In this document: one piece after another, positions 50,795 through 63,889 of the stretch
Position numbering within the stretch: the first letter of the stretch is position 1
Layout of the letters: the number at the start of each line of letters is the position of its first letter
NCBI RefSeq assembly: GCF_018350175.1
Contig: NC_058368.1
Coordinates: forward strand, 185,816,001 to 185,880,000
Direction of reading: 5' to 3'
Length of the DNA stretch: 64,000 nucleotides
Origin: Felis catus
Lineage: Eukaryota
Program-made: the position numbers and the translations under genes
The notes under the pieces: model-generated
What the model saw: the letters and a program-made list of their open reading frames with translations, nothing else
Told to the model about the DNA's origin: nothing
The model's database searches: none

Positions 50795-51965
50795 ATATTT
50801 TTTGTAAGGACTTTACTTTTTGGAGAAGTTTTAGGTTGAGTAAAATTAAATGGAAGGCACAGAGATTTCCTGTACATTCCCTGCCCCCCATACAAGTATA
50901 GCCTCCCCACATTGCCAACACTCTCCACAGTTGTTACAATTGATGATCTTACATTGACCCATTATTATCACCCAAAGTCCATAGTTTACATCAGAGATCA
51001 CTCTTGGTGTTGTGTATTTTATGGGTCTGGACATACATAAAATTACATGTATCCATCATTGTAGTATCATACTGAGTAGTTTCAGTGCCCTAGAAATACT
51101 TGCACTTGGCCTATTCACTTCTCCTTCCCTCCTAATCCCTGGCAACCCCTGAACTTTTTTACTCTGTCTGCAGTTTTATCTTTACTAGTATGTTACCTAG
51201 TTAGAGTCATAGAGTATACAGACTTTTCAGATTGGCTTCTGAAACTTAGTAATATGCATACAAGTTTCCTTCATGCCTTTTCTATTTTTTTTTTATTTAT
51301 TTGGGGGGGGGTGGGTTGGGGGCAGAGAAAGAGAGAAAGAAACAATCCCAAAATCCCAAGCAGGCTCCGCACTGTCAGTGCAGAGCCAGACGTGGGGTTT
51401 GATCTCACAAACCATGAGATAAAGACCTGAACCAAAATCAAGAGTCCAATGCTTAACTGACTGGGCCACCCAGGAGCCCCTTCTCCGTGCCTTTTCATGG
51501 ATTAATAAGTCACTTCTTGATAACCCTCAATAATATTGTCTGGATTTATCACAATTTATTTATCTGTTCACCTACTGGAGGACTTCTTGGTTGTTTCCAG
51601 GTTTGGGAAATTTGGATAAAAGCTGCTGTAAACATCTGTGTGCAGGTTTTTTTTGTGAACATCATGTGGAACATCTTTGCATGGGCTTATTTGTCTTATG
51701 CACATCTTCTTTGATAAGGTATCTGTTATGATCCTTGTCCACTGTTTACCTGGGCTATTTGTTTTTCTTATTGTTGAAATTTAAGTGTTTGTTGTGTATT
51801 TTGGACAATAGTCTTTTATTAGGTGTATCTTTTGCAAATATTTCCTTCAGTGAACTGTTTATCTTATCATTATCTTCATGCCACCCTGTTTTGATACTAT
51901 AACTTTGTGGTAAGTTTGAAATCAGAAATTATGTATCCCAACTTTATTCTCCTTTTTCAAGATTC
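50795..51965 (-). mobile_element. L1MC-like 3' end, interrupted by a SINE
   Basis: 'cattattatcacccaaagtccatagtttacatcag..cactcttggtgttgtg' and 'ataaaagctgctgtaaacatctgtgtgcaggttttt'. Confidence 0.8.
51285..51480 (-). mobile_element. Carnivore SINE
   Basis: 'aatcccaagcaggctccgcactgtcagtgcagagcc..gccacccaggagcccc'. TSD-like 'tgccttttc' on both sides. Confidence 0.9.
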
Positions 51966-52274
51966 ATGTAATGTGATTTTTTTTAGAAGGCTGTGTTTTT
52001 TTTTTTTATTTTAAGGTAAAAATTACAACTTTAATTAGTTTAATGTCATATACCATTAAAATATTGAACATTGAAGAAGGGGGCTTTTATATAAGGTAGA
52101 GAAGAGATGAGATAATATTTAACAAAAAACTAAAACAAAGATGAGTGCTTACTGAATTTCTTTGTTCCATTTTCCTGCTAATATTAGTGGAATACTTATA
52201 GGAAGATGATGTTCACCATAACAAAATAAAACACTATTTAATATAACCTAGGGAATTATTAAGACTTCAGCAGA

Positions 52275-52478
52275 GGGGCACTTGGGTGGCTCAGTCAATT
52301 AAGTGTGTGACTTCAACTCAGGCCATGATCTTGTGGTTCATGTGTTGGAGCCCTGTATCAGGCTCTGTGCTGATCGTGTGAAGCCTGCCTGGGATTCTCT
52401 CTCTCTCCCTCTCTCTCTGCCCTCCCCTACCCATGCTCTCTTTCTCAAAATAAATAAACTTAAAAAAAAGAAAAAACA
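52275..52478 (+). mobile_element. Carnivore SINE
   Basis: 'ggggcacttgggtggctcagtc', CT tract and A tail. Confidence 0.9.
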
Positions 52479-52932
52479 AAAAACTTTAGTGGAGCCTTCA
52501 TTTCTTAAAAAAAAAAAGCTGCTGAGAGTGACAGGTTATTTTTATGTAGGAATTTACAAGTAGAATATGACCTGAAATTCATCCGAAGCAAGTAAGAAAA
52601 TGGCATAAAGAATAAAAGGTATAGTGTAACCCAGTTATTGTTTGGGGAACATTTTTTTTTGTCTTGAAAAGAATTTAAGAGTCATGCAAACCATTTATGT
52701 AATAAATCTATGTGATCATTGTATTTAGAGGAAGTGTTATATTTCCTTATATTTTGCTTTTTGAGTGGAATTTTCTTTATAAAGGCAAAGGAAGTGGCCC
52801 TGGTGCCAGGCTTAAAAGGCAGCTCCCCATGCAGGCTGTGGCTAAAACCATGGATAGAAAAGAGTCCAAAGATAAAGCAAGTACGAGAAAATCAAAAGTT
52901 GCCAAATCAAAGTAGACAGCCAACCTTTGTCT

Positions 52933-53164
52933 TTTATTTTATTTTTTTTATTTTTGATGTTTATTCTTGAGAGAGAGAGAGAGAGAGAGAGTGAGCATGA
53001 GCAGGTGAAGGGCAGAGAGAGAGAGCTAGACACAGAATCTGAAGCAAGGTCCAGGCTCTGAGCTGTCAGCACAGACCCTGATACAGGGCTTGAAATCACA
53101 AACAGTGAAATCATGACCTGAGTTGAAGTCAGATGTTTAACCGACTGAGTCACCCAGGTGCCCC
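52933..53164 (-). mobile_element. Carnivore SINE
   Basis: T-rich tail, (GA)n, and 'tcatgacctgagttgaagtcagatgtttaaccgactgagtcacccaggtgcccc'. Confidence 0.92.
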
Positions 53165-54012
53165 CAGGAATGGGAGTTTAATGTCAGTTTATTAGGAGTC
53201 AACTCCTTCAAGCCCCAGGATACATTTAACAATAGCTAGTGGAATCATTTATTCGGCCTCCATGGAGTTGGGCTTGCTAACTTGTCCATCGCCTGAGTCT
53301 TTATGGTGAGGAAGATTTGTGTTTTAGGGATGCTGCTGATTCCAAACACAGCCCTCTTCCTCAAGTAGATGACTTGGAAGACTGCCCCTTTCTCAAGGAA
53401 CATCTTCCTAGTTCAGACACTTAATCCACCCTTCAGTTGTCCGATTTATTTTCTCTGAGTGTCATAATCATTGACATTCTAAACTTTAACGCCGTCATAT
53501 TCTTACTGATGAGCACATACCATGATTACAAAAGAAAACCTGAGTACAAGATACTCAAGTACTCTCAACAAGGATATTCACAACACTAATCATTTGTACT
53601 TTTCAGATTATGTAAATATCAGGTTATGTAATACCAAGTGTTCATGGATTTTGTTTTTCCCCACTGAAGATAGTAAGATGAAGTTTCTTGCCCAAAGTCA
53701 CAAGGATGAGAACCCATGTCCTGAGGGTCTTCCACTGAACCCCAAAATAACCACTAAGCCAAACTCAAACTCACCAATCCTGTGTTCACCAAATTTCCAT
53801 AACTCATGGTTTATAGTTGCATACATATGGGCTGATTTTGGTTTTGTATCTTCCTAAGCTTAGCTTTTCTAGCCTATGCATTTAGTTAGAAATTCCTTAT
53901 GCAACCAACACTTATATTACTAATTCCAACCAAAGAAGATAAACTAGGAACAGCTTAATATCCTGCCTGTCTCTGCAGTGCTAAAACTATTGGTTAATGG
54001 TCAGGCAACTTG

Positions 54013-54229
54013 ATTGTTTGTTTGTTTTAATTAAGCTTATTTATTTATTTTGAAAGGGATAGAGACAGTGTGAGTGGGGAGGGGCAGAGGAAGGGAGAGA
54101 GAATCCCAAGCAGGCTCTGCACCGTCAGCACAGAGCCTGACATGGGGATTGAACTCACAAAACTGTGAGATCATGACCTGAGCTGAAACAGAGTCAGATG
54201 CTTAACTGACTAAGCCATCCAGGCGACCC
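54013..54229 (-). mobile_element. Carnivore SINE
   Basis: 11-bp TSD caggcaacttg at 54002-54012 and 54230-54240. Confidence 0.93.
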
Positions 54230-54947
54230 CAGGCAACTTGTTAACTATGGTAGAATTTGTGGTGACTTGTTAACTGTGGTAAAAATTGTGCCAATGATTG
54301 TTCCCAAGACAAGAAGCAGAAAAGGATTTAGAGGAGGCAGAGTATCCAAAAGAAGGAAAATCCTTTCATTTAATGAAATAAAAAAAATTCTCTGTAATTT
54401 GCATTTTAATCAAATGTTAATTATTATTTGAGGGAAGAAAGTTCTTTGGGAAGGCAATTTAGAGTGTTCTAAGATGATGGTGAGGATGATCCAAATTAAA
54501 TACTAAGATTGATGTTTGATTCAAGGTTTTTTGTTTCCTTCCCTTCTTCCTTCTTTCCTTCTTTTTTAAATTCTAGAAGTGTGTGACACTTCTAACACTG
54601 TATGGAAAAATGAGGAAAAAAAGCAATCTTAAAAAAAAAAAATTCCATTCAAGGAGAAACAACCCTAAAGATCTTAAAAGTTCTTCACAATAAAATTACT
54701 ATTTGTAATTTCTTATTATAATTGAAGTATCCATCTGCCGGTGAGTTTTTCCTTTAGAAACGCCAACTCCATTTATCATTGTTTAATTTTCCAAACTAAA
54801 TTTTTCCTTCCCTGTGTATAGTATAAGCAGCTTAATTTGTGTCTTTTCCTTGATACCTGCTTTCTGAGCTTCTGACTTGTTTGTTTGGTGTCGGTGGCAA
54901 ATTTACAAATATCTGAGATATATTTTTGCAAGAATAATTGAACTTAT

Positions 54948-55156
54948 GGGGCGCCTGGGTGGCGCAGTCGGTTAAGCGTCCGACTTCAGCCAGGTCACGA
55001 TCTCGCGGTCCGTGAGTTCGAGCCCCGCGTCAGGCTCTGGGCTGATGGCTCGGAGCCTGGAGCCTGTTTCCGATTCTGTGTCTCCCTCTCTCTCTGCCCC
55101 TCCCCCGTTCATGCTCTGTCTCTCTCTGTCCCAAAAATAAATAAACGTTGAAAAAA
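54948..55156 (+). mobile_element. Very young felid SINE (SINEC_Fc-type)
   Basis: GGGGCGCCTGGGTGGCGCAGTCGGTTAAGCGTCCGACTTCAGCCAGGTCACGATCTCGCGG..., with 16 intact CpGs. Perfect 18-bp TSD aagaataattgaacttat at 54930-54947 and 55157-55174. Confidence 0.97.
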
Positions 55157-56659
55157 AAGAATAATTGAACTTATATTTTTGTTTATTAGCATGGAATAAT
55201 AAATCAATGAGTCCCCTCAATTATCTCAGAAACTCCATTTGTGGTTAAGATCAATTAATTTGGCTTACATATATACTGAATTATCTCTTTAGGAAAAATG
55301 GCTAAAATTTGAAAATAAAACAAAATGTTGTTTATGTGACTTCAATATAGTATTAATTTTCCAATCAGCCTATCTAGACAAAATCTGATGCTCTCAGAGA
55401 GTGTAGCTTTGGCTCATGAATGGAGCTTGGATGTTTTACAACCCTCTTAAGTTAGCTATTAACTTGTAGATTCTGGTGTCTTAGGACTTTTTTCCTTTTC
55501 AATAGGGAAGATAATCCTAAAGTCATGTTTATTGTTGTTAGGATATCATTATTTTTCTAATACAGCAATCTTGTTTGAGCAGTCCTTTTCACAGTAAACA
55601 TATATGTTTTCTCAAATCCTTTCCACATTATCTTTTATGTTCTGCTGATTCGCCCATTAGTGACTCAAAGAAAATTTTGGTATCTGCTTAGTCTCTATTT
55701 GTGCAAAAATTTCATGTTTCACAATTTGAAAATCAACTTTTCTAATATCTTCAGACATTGTGGTTGAGTACACAATGTTTTTCAAAGAATGTAAGTAGTA
55801 CATGTAAAAGACATAGTCTGTGTTTATAATCTCACATTCACTTGGAGAAGCTATGATAGAGGCATTAAGCATGATTTTTTTAAAAGAAATATTTGTATCT
55901 TGGGACATGAATTTAGTATGTGGAAGGGTATGTTTATTCAAATTTTTGGTCTTATTTAGGTAATTTAGATAAACATTTTCCTGCTTCTAGATCACTTAGG
56001 GCCCAGACAGCAGTGTTATTACATATCTGTAGGAACACCTATCACTACCTGGCATCTGTGAATAGTAGATATTTTGCAAATATAAGGATTTTTTTTAATT
56101 ATTAGATAGCAGCTAAAGTAACTATAACATACCTGTTTTATGATATGTCAAAACAAACTTTACTTGCGAGAACGGTTTCTTATTTTGTTACAGTCTGCCA
56201 TGTAACAAATTAAAAACAAAATACTGATGCCTCCCTCATTTGAGGGGCAGGGTAAGTCCCAGTCTTACGGAACTAGCTGAACTGAAGGTGTTGGGCATAC
56301 ACAAATTACCTCTTAGTTTGTCTCCATATAACCAGATAGGCCCCCTGTTGAGTCCCTTTTGAATTATGAGAGAAATGAGCTCAGTAATCATTGCACTTTT
56401 GGTGGAGAGGATCTCTTGATGGGTACGTTCCTGTCTAAGCTAAACTCAATCATTCTTATACATACAGGGTCCCTGATTACAGCTATAATATCCTGAGACA
56501 GGGGCCAACTAAAGAAATATGAGCAAGCCATAATCGCATTACAGTAGCCAATGACAGGAAAATTCTTGGTGTCAGTTGAGAGAGGAATATTGCCATTGAC
56601 TTCCAGTCAATTCCACGGTTATCTTTTCCTGTGCTTTTGATCACTTTTAATGTTTTCCT

Positions 56660-57075
56660 TCATTACTCAGGATCTTTCAATTTTAAGCTATACTAATCTA
56701 CCTGAAACAATTTAAACCAAAAAGAAAATGTGTGTGCCCATTGAATAGACAGTCCAAAGACAAGTTCATTGGACACACTTGGATTAGTGAGTTCAAACAG
56801 TGTCAACAGAGTTCTCTCTTTCCTTGCCTCTTAGCTCTGCTTTTCTGTTTGTCTATCTTCTTGGGTACATTCTTTTAATTTGTCATTAATAAGCCTACAC
56901 ATAGCCACAAACCTCCATTATCTTTAGAGTTCTCTATCTCAAAAAGATACCATCTTTACTGAGCCCTGTAGCAAAAGTTTCAGGAAGAACTCTAACTGGT
57001 CCACTATGAGACATGCAACCATCCTAGGAGCTATGATTATGGCCAGAGGGCTCAAGCTCTCTGTAAGCCAGTACT
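56660..57075 (-). mobile_element. Old MaLR LTR (MLT1K/L-like)
   Basis: 'tcaggatctttcaatt..aaccaaaaagaaaatgtg..ttcaaacagtgtc..ctctgctttt..gattatggccagaggg'. Confidence 0.45.
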
Positions 57076-57479
57076 ATATATACCTTATTCAAATCATATA
57101 CAGAATAAAATTCCAGAGAATAATCCATGTATACTAGGGTAAATAGCATCAAAAAGATTTCAATAAGAATTTTAATTCAAGTAGCTATAACATTAATTCT
57201 GACTAAGGCAACTTTCAAAGACATTTTGAAAGAGACAGCACTTCCTACTTTAAAATAAATATATAAATATGTGATATATATATATGCACATATATATGTG
57301 CATTTATACACATGTGTGCACACACACATACATACATCCCTCCGTATATTTCCAATATCACCTGGTAAATAGTAGGTGTTTCATAATGATTCAGATTCAT
57401 TAGGAAATCTGAAATCATGGTAAAGGTATCCATAGCATTCTTACTGTACCACTTCACAGAAAGAAACAGGTTATTTACT

Positions 57480-57625
57480 TGTTGTCTGTGTGACCTTGAA
57501 CAGGTCACGTAACATCTATAAGCCACATTTTTTTCATCTGTAAAATGGAAATAATCATACATGCCTTACTTTTGTCATACGATTGTCTTTTCTAACAGCA
57601 AAGTATTACATAAATGTGAGGTGAT
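57480..57625 (+). mobile_element. MIR
   Basis: Core 'tgtgtgaccttgaacaggtcac..ttttttcatctgtaaaatggaaataat'. Confidence 0.75.
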
Positions 57626-58369
57626 AGTAAGTTCCTTTAAAAAAAATCTCCTTAATTCCTTTTAATGCCCTGAGATATTCTTCTATGGCAGGATTGAATT
57701 TCTAACCCTTATTATTATTATTTTTTATCTCCTCACTCAAGTGATCTTACATGAGACTAAATAAAGGCAAAAATAATTTGTGAGCACACAAACACACGGA
57801 AATGATATTTTGAGGTGAAATCAAAGAAGCCAGAAAAATGCTTTATTTGTCTTGTACATAGTTACTGTGAAAAATCTACAAGACTTTTCCTTTAGTCTAT
57901 GGAGATTAAAGACGTACTGCTTCCTTTCCAGGCCAAGACCTGAGGCAGGAGTCGAAAGGAAATCTAAGGGAGTAAAGAAAATGAGATCAGAGAGAGATGG
58001 GGCTGATTGACATCCGTATGAGCTAGACTTTATATGAGCTGCTTTTACACTATCTGGACTATATATGCAAGACTGCCTGTCACATATACAATGCCTTCAT
58101 GGGATTAGGAAAAGGATTTATCTGCCTCCTCACTTCACGAGTTACAAAAAGTCACCTCCTCTTGGTTTATACAGCCCCATAAATACAGGTTGGCCAGGAA
58201 TGTGAGGCGTGAATTTCATCCTTCATTTAGTCCCTTTGCTGTGAAAGTACAAAATCTACCAAAGTTTGTGTGAGTGTCTCTAATTGGCTAATAAAACATT
58301 GTCTTCATTATGCAAAAGATCTATACCTGCTTGCCTTCCCAGATGTCATAAGAGTATGGAAAGACTTTA

Positions 58370-58978
58370 TGTAGTAAGGAATTTCATCTTACCCAAACAG
58401 AGATCTGCGCTTTGTTCCAGGTTCCTGGGAACTAATCTCTAAGCATTTGGAACTTCATGCTTGATAGGAGATTTTTGTTTTTCCTGGAGGCCTGGGTCAC
58501 TCCGGAGTTTAACAATGTGATTCAGGGTAGAGCCCATGGGTCATGTTGTATCAGCTCAACCTCCAGAGCAGCTGGGGACTGAGATCAGCCACAAGGGCAG
58601 TTGGTCATACTTACATGAAGGAGCCCCAATAACAATTCTGGATTCAAAGCTTGAGTGAGCATCCCCAGATGGCAATATGATGCACATATTGTCGCTTGTC
58701 AGTACTTGTAAAGTAATACTCCCCATGACTCCATGGAGGAGAGAATGACTAGAAGTTCTGCATTTGGAGGTTTTTTGGACTCTAAACTATGGCCTCCTCC
58801 CTTGCTAATTTTAATCTTTATCCTCTAGCTGTGATAAACTGTAACATTTAGTGAAACCTGTGAGTCCTTATAGCTAATTTTCAAATCTAAGGGTCATCTC
58901 TGGGGCTCCCAAACTTGCAAATGGTGTAAAAAATGATGAGTCTTGTGAATTATGAATTATCCTCCCTCTAACCTCACA
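58370..58978 (+). mobile_element. ERVL LTR, MER21/MER77 group
   Basis: Starts 'tgtagtaaggaatttcatcttacccaaacagagatctg', contains 'ccttgctaattttaatctttatcct..ataaactgtaac', and ends 'ctctaacctcaca'. Confidence 0.7.
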
Positions 58979-59119
58979 GGTTTTTACTTAGAAAATGGCA
59001 CTGCAGTACATTTTAAGGGCTAATTTGCTCTAGTCCTTCTCTTCTATGAGGTTGCTTGCTCTAAATTTTATGAACACACAGGCATATATATATATGAGTT
59101 TACTCTCGGTTTTAAAAAA

Positions 59120-59407
59120 TCTCAAAACGGTACCAGTGACCTGAATTATTTCCATCTTCAACATGCAGCTTTCAGTATCCCTGTGCTCATTGATCGAGTC
59201 AAGGAAAGTATAGGGAGGATAGCATGTGGGAAATTTTTAGTGGTCTCCACCTGGAAGAAGCACTTATCACTTCTGATCACATAACATTGTATAGAACTTA
59301 AACCTGTGTTCATGCCTGATTGGAAGGTAATCTGGGGCATAAAGTATATCTGTGCCCAGGAAAAAAAGGAAATAGATGTGGGAACAGCTGGCCAATGTGT
59401 GCCTCAC
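59120..59407 (-). mobile_element. MLT1J-like LTR fragment
   Basis: 'ctgtgcccaggaaaaaaaggaaatagatgtgggaacagctggcc..tgcctca' is the reverse of an MLT1J-like 5' end. Confidence 0.5.
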
Positions 59408-61049
59408 ACATTCATGTTTTGTTTCCTCTAATCTTCTCAGACCCATTAGGCTATCAGTAGTTAATATGATTAATAGATTAATAATTATGTTTTAATAGGT
59501 GATTGTGTCTTAATCATATATTACACATTTGTAATATTCTAATGTCTCAACTCACAGAAGTGAACATTTGTAGACATGTAGCTACCAGCAGGGAGGACTT
59601 TGGAGACTAGTGTCTATTCCACTTCCTTGAATGACAGCTCCAAGATCAGCGTTTGGGCCACCCAAATTTTGTAATCCCTCTGTCTCTAAGTTGAGGATGA
59701 CCCGATTATTCTGCTGGTAAGAACGAAAGCATAAATGTAAAAATAAGGTAATAACTATCATTTTAGTGTCTAATATGGGAAAGGCATTATTCGAATAGTT
59801 TCACATGCATTATTTCATTTAATCCTGACAACAACCCTGAATAATAGATATTGCCTAGGAATTGTTGGTGCTGGACCACCAGTCACTGTAGTTTAGCTCA
59901 AGAACCAAGCCACTCTACTATGCTACTTCTAATTTCATTGGATGGCCTATGGGAACTCGGCTCCTCTAGCTTTTCTGCAAGTTAGACACATTCGTACTTT
60001 TTGTAGTGAACACATACCATGTGTTAGGAACCGTATTCAACTACCTTCTCAGCTTCCATTGCTCTGTTAGTGTTTTTCTTTCCCACATATCCTACATCCT
60101 TTCAATTCCCTTGCTTCAAGTGCCACCTGCTCTCCTGAAAATGAAACGTGGCATTTGCCATTTATATTTGCTATGCTCAGCAGTGTCCTGGAAAACAAAT
60201 ATAAAATGACAGCTCCACTCCACACTATCTCTGGGTTTCACACTTCTGTTTCCCTTTGCAAATCTGGGGAAAATTCAGAATTCTTGTGAGAAAAGTTGTT
60301 GATGGAAAATGCGGCTTCCATTTTCTGACCTTTAGAAGACTCGTGTAGTACCTATCTCTTGAGCAACGAAAATGCAGAAGGAAGCAACCACACTGTTCCC
60401 TAGGGAGAAAGGGGAATTTTTATTATGCCTAGCCTGTCGTCATTACCATCACCAAATAGTGTTTGCTAAGCCTCCAGGAGCACGAGGCAGTGGGGTGGTT
60501 AAATTGGCATCCTTTCCTCCTCCCAAGAGCTTGCAGTTTAAATAGAAACCGAGCAGCAAAGACAAACATATACAAGGTCAGGCTGAGACCAACACTAACA
60601 CATTAACATACTCATTAAAATAGAATAGAGCTCATTATAATTCAATAAGAATGGGAGGCAGCCCGATGCAATATGAAAATGTGCTAAACTAGGAGTCAAG
60701 GGACTTGGCAGCCTGCCGGTGTCTGCCTTTGAGCAAGTCACCTCACCTCCTCTGAGGTGGAAATGCTTGGGAAGGTTTAGGGGAGGTAGTTTGGGAGGTG
60801 AAAGAACAGACTCTGGAGTCATAAAGCCACACAGTCTCTGTAGACGTGAGGAAGAGATTTAAGCACCCGGAATCAATGTGTCTGTCCTCCTTGCAAAATA
60901 AAAGACTCCATTTTTTAAAAGGAAGAAACTGTGGCTACGGGAAGTCAGGCACTCACTGAAGCATCATTTGACTGGAAAAAGCACAAGACAAACAAAACTA
61001 AGGTGGAATTTAAGGACTGGAATTCTAAGTTCGCCTTAGGGAAATTGAA

Positions 61050-61145
61050 AGTGAATATATAGATATCGATAGATCGATATCTATCGATATCTATAGATCT
61101 ATAGATCAATATCTATACATATCTATAGATATATATTTATTCACT
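61050..61145. repeat. Palindromic low-complexity (ATCT/AGAT/ATCG) array
   Basis: Perfect 17-bp inverted repeat (61058-61074 / 61079-61095), 18-bp palindrome (61089-61106) and 14-bp palindrome (61119-61132). Confidence 0.9.
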
Positions 61146-61939
61146 CTGATTCAGATTAAACAATGGCCAGAATCAGGGTATTCATCAACAATTTGATGAA
61201 CATTACCCCTCCCCCAACTCTTTGAACAAATAATATAACAAATAATACAAATATGAGCAAATAGTATGAATCCTTAAGTGATTCTTTCAGATCTTAGGAA
61301 TGTTAGAATGTCTTCAAGTTAAACACTTTTAATTCTTTTATTTGACCCCCAATTCTCAGAGGTCCTACATGTGTTACTCAAAAGCCATCACTCTGTGGTG
61401 GTTATCACCAGTAATGTCTTTGTGTTTTCAGTTGCTTACAGAGATCATCATGCTTTTTTTTAGGGTGACTATGGTATGTGATGAGAAACATTGTCTCTAA
61501 GAAACAACAGGCTCAGAATTCCATCTGCCCTTCTGTCTTAATGTCAGAAGGAAAATAGTAACTGTTTCTCCTTTTTGTATTGTGACTATTTCTACATCAA
61601 TTTAATTCCCTATCATCACCTCAATCCTACACTAAAGTAGCTTGATGCTTTGGACTCACCAGGGAAAGTGTCAAGCACATGGAAGTGAGAAAAAGAAAAC
61701 TACACAATAATATATTTTTAAGTATCATCTGGGTTATGCAGTAAAATCTCCTGTTTCTATCAGGAATAGCCTGAGAGTAGGGGAACTTATTGCATAAGGT
61801 TACTCTTTCCAGGCAGTATGTAGGCAGTCTTTAAAAGGGGGATGCTTGTGGGGAGAACCTGGTGGGTATATAAGGTTTACAATGCATTTTTCTTAATATG
61901 GCCTAATATAGCCAAGTGATTAGAAAACCCATGGTCATA

Positions 61940-62071
61940 GGGCACCTGGGTGGCTCAGTCATAAAGCATTGACTCATGGTTTCAGCTCAGGTCATGACCT
62001 CAGGGTTGTGAGATGGACCCCCACGACCAGCTCCACACTAATAGCACAGAGCCTGCTTGGGATTCTCTCTC

Positions 62072-62114
<43 letters not shown>

Positions 62115-62167
62115 CCTTCCCCACTCACTCACTCTCAAATTGAATAAATAAACATTACAAAAAAAAA
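61940..62167 (+). mobile_element. Carnivore SINE with expanded (CT)n
   Basis: 'gggcacctgggtggctcagtc..ctcaggtcatgacctc', (CT)n and an A tail. Confidence 0.9.
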
Positions 62168-62944
62168 GAAAACTCATAACCCTAGAAATCATCACATCTT
62201 GTGCTGGATTTTGCCATTACAATTTGAGTCTCACATTGTGAGATGATGAGAAACTTGGACTTATCCTTATGTTTATTAATAGAAAATGATACCTAATTAA
62301 CAGTTGGTAATTACGAGATTTCCAGGGCAAGGTCAGTGTGGCTGGAAAAGAATACATTGGAAAGTCTTGGGGTAGCCGTTAGAAGGACAGAAGCTGAAGA
62401 GTTGACATTCAGACAGTTAAAGGATTTTGCTTACTTCACTTTTGGGAACGGAGCCAACTCAGCACTGATCTCTGGGATTCTGAGCAGTAGCCTTCCTGTT
62501 GGTATGAGAAAGCTATCAGCAGCAATATTCTTCCTCCAAAGAAATTAGAGCCAAGGGACCATCTGATAAGAAGTGGAGAATGTAAGTCCCGTAGGCTGGC
62601 AGGAGCAGACCAATTAGCATCTCATTTTCTACCAGAGCTAATTAAGTCATTGCTTGCTGCATTCTGCCTCAGCACCCTTCCGTCTCACATCCATGTGCCT
62701 GTTGAGCCTGAGGCTGAAGGTTGTGCTTTACACTCTGCTTCTCTTGGGCTCGGACTCACTTTCCCCCTTGAAATTAATGGACTGAGACAGGTTCCAGTAG
62801 TGCTGGGAACTTTTATGTTAGAAAATTCTTGCTTGAGGGTGCTGGTTCCATTGGAGATTGAGAAATTCAGCTGAGAACGGGGCAAGAAAGGATATAAAGG
62901 GCAAATTTGAGGTTTCATTCCAGGAGACCACATCACCCTCCAAT

Positions 62945-63155
62945 GGCAATAATAACTAACATTTATTAAATGTTAATATGAACTAAACACCATACTAGGA
63001 GTTATACATTCATTATTTTATATAGCCCTCACAACCATACCATGAGATAGGCATTTCCACTATTTCACAGAGGAGAAATCAGTTCACAGAGCTAGGAAGA
63101 TACAGCCTGAATTCAAATACAAATCAGATGAACCCAGAGCCAGTGCTCTATCCAT
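62945..63155 (-). mobile_element. MIR
   Basis: 'aataactaacatttattaaatg..cctcacaaccataccatgagatagg..atttcacagaggagaaa..gaattcaaa'. Confidence 0.75.
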
Positions 63156-63889
63156 TATGGTCTTGGAATAAATACATATTAAACTACTTTTCTCCCCGTT
63201 TTCTTTAATATCAGAAGCCATGGCTCCTTTTCTCCCTTTCAGTTTCCAGGTAAAAATAAATAGATGATATTCAAGAACTAGTAAACCCATTATTAATTAA
63301 TTACTTTAATTAATTGAATTTATATGCTTATATATTTCATATGTTTATATATGGAAATCTATATACATTAAGTTAAATATATTTATGTAAATTATATATT
63401 ATATAAGGACATATAAAATTTTTTCCTGTCAATACAGTTTTAGGATTAAGAGGTGAGAAAATGACAGTGACAACATCAAATATGATGTTCACAATAAGTA
63501 GACAAAGTCAGTTCATTTCATTTCACACCTATTACTTCTTTAGGATAATCCAGTTCCAACTCATCTTCATCATGACCACACTAAGGCCCTCCCAGAGATC
63601 CTATAATCACAGATAATATTAGATTTTTTAGAAGAGCTTCATTATGATAAGACTATATGGTGTATGAAGATTTTATTGAAAAAAAAGGACATTTATACTT
63701 ATCACTTCATTACTCTTGTAGTTGAATTCCCACACTCCGTTTCTAAACCATTCTAGAAAATTAAAGTCTTCTGCATATAATTTGTGATTTGTTCAAAAGT
63801 TTTCCTCTTTGCTCAAATAAAATGTGTGTGGATACATACATATATAAGTGTGTATAAAAAGGTGTCTATATGCATAATAATTTATGGCC

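Noticed and set aside
54948..55030. tRNA gene
   Set aside because: The A and B boxes belong to the tRNA-derived head of a SINE, which has a CT tract, A tail and TSD.
57284..57303. 20-bp palindrome atgcacatatatatgtgcat
   Set aside because: It lies in TA/CA/TG low-complexity sequence where such symmetry arises trivially.
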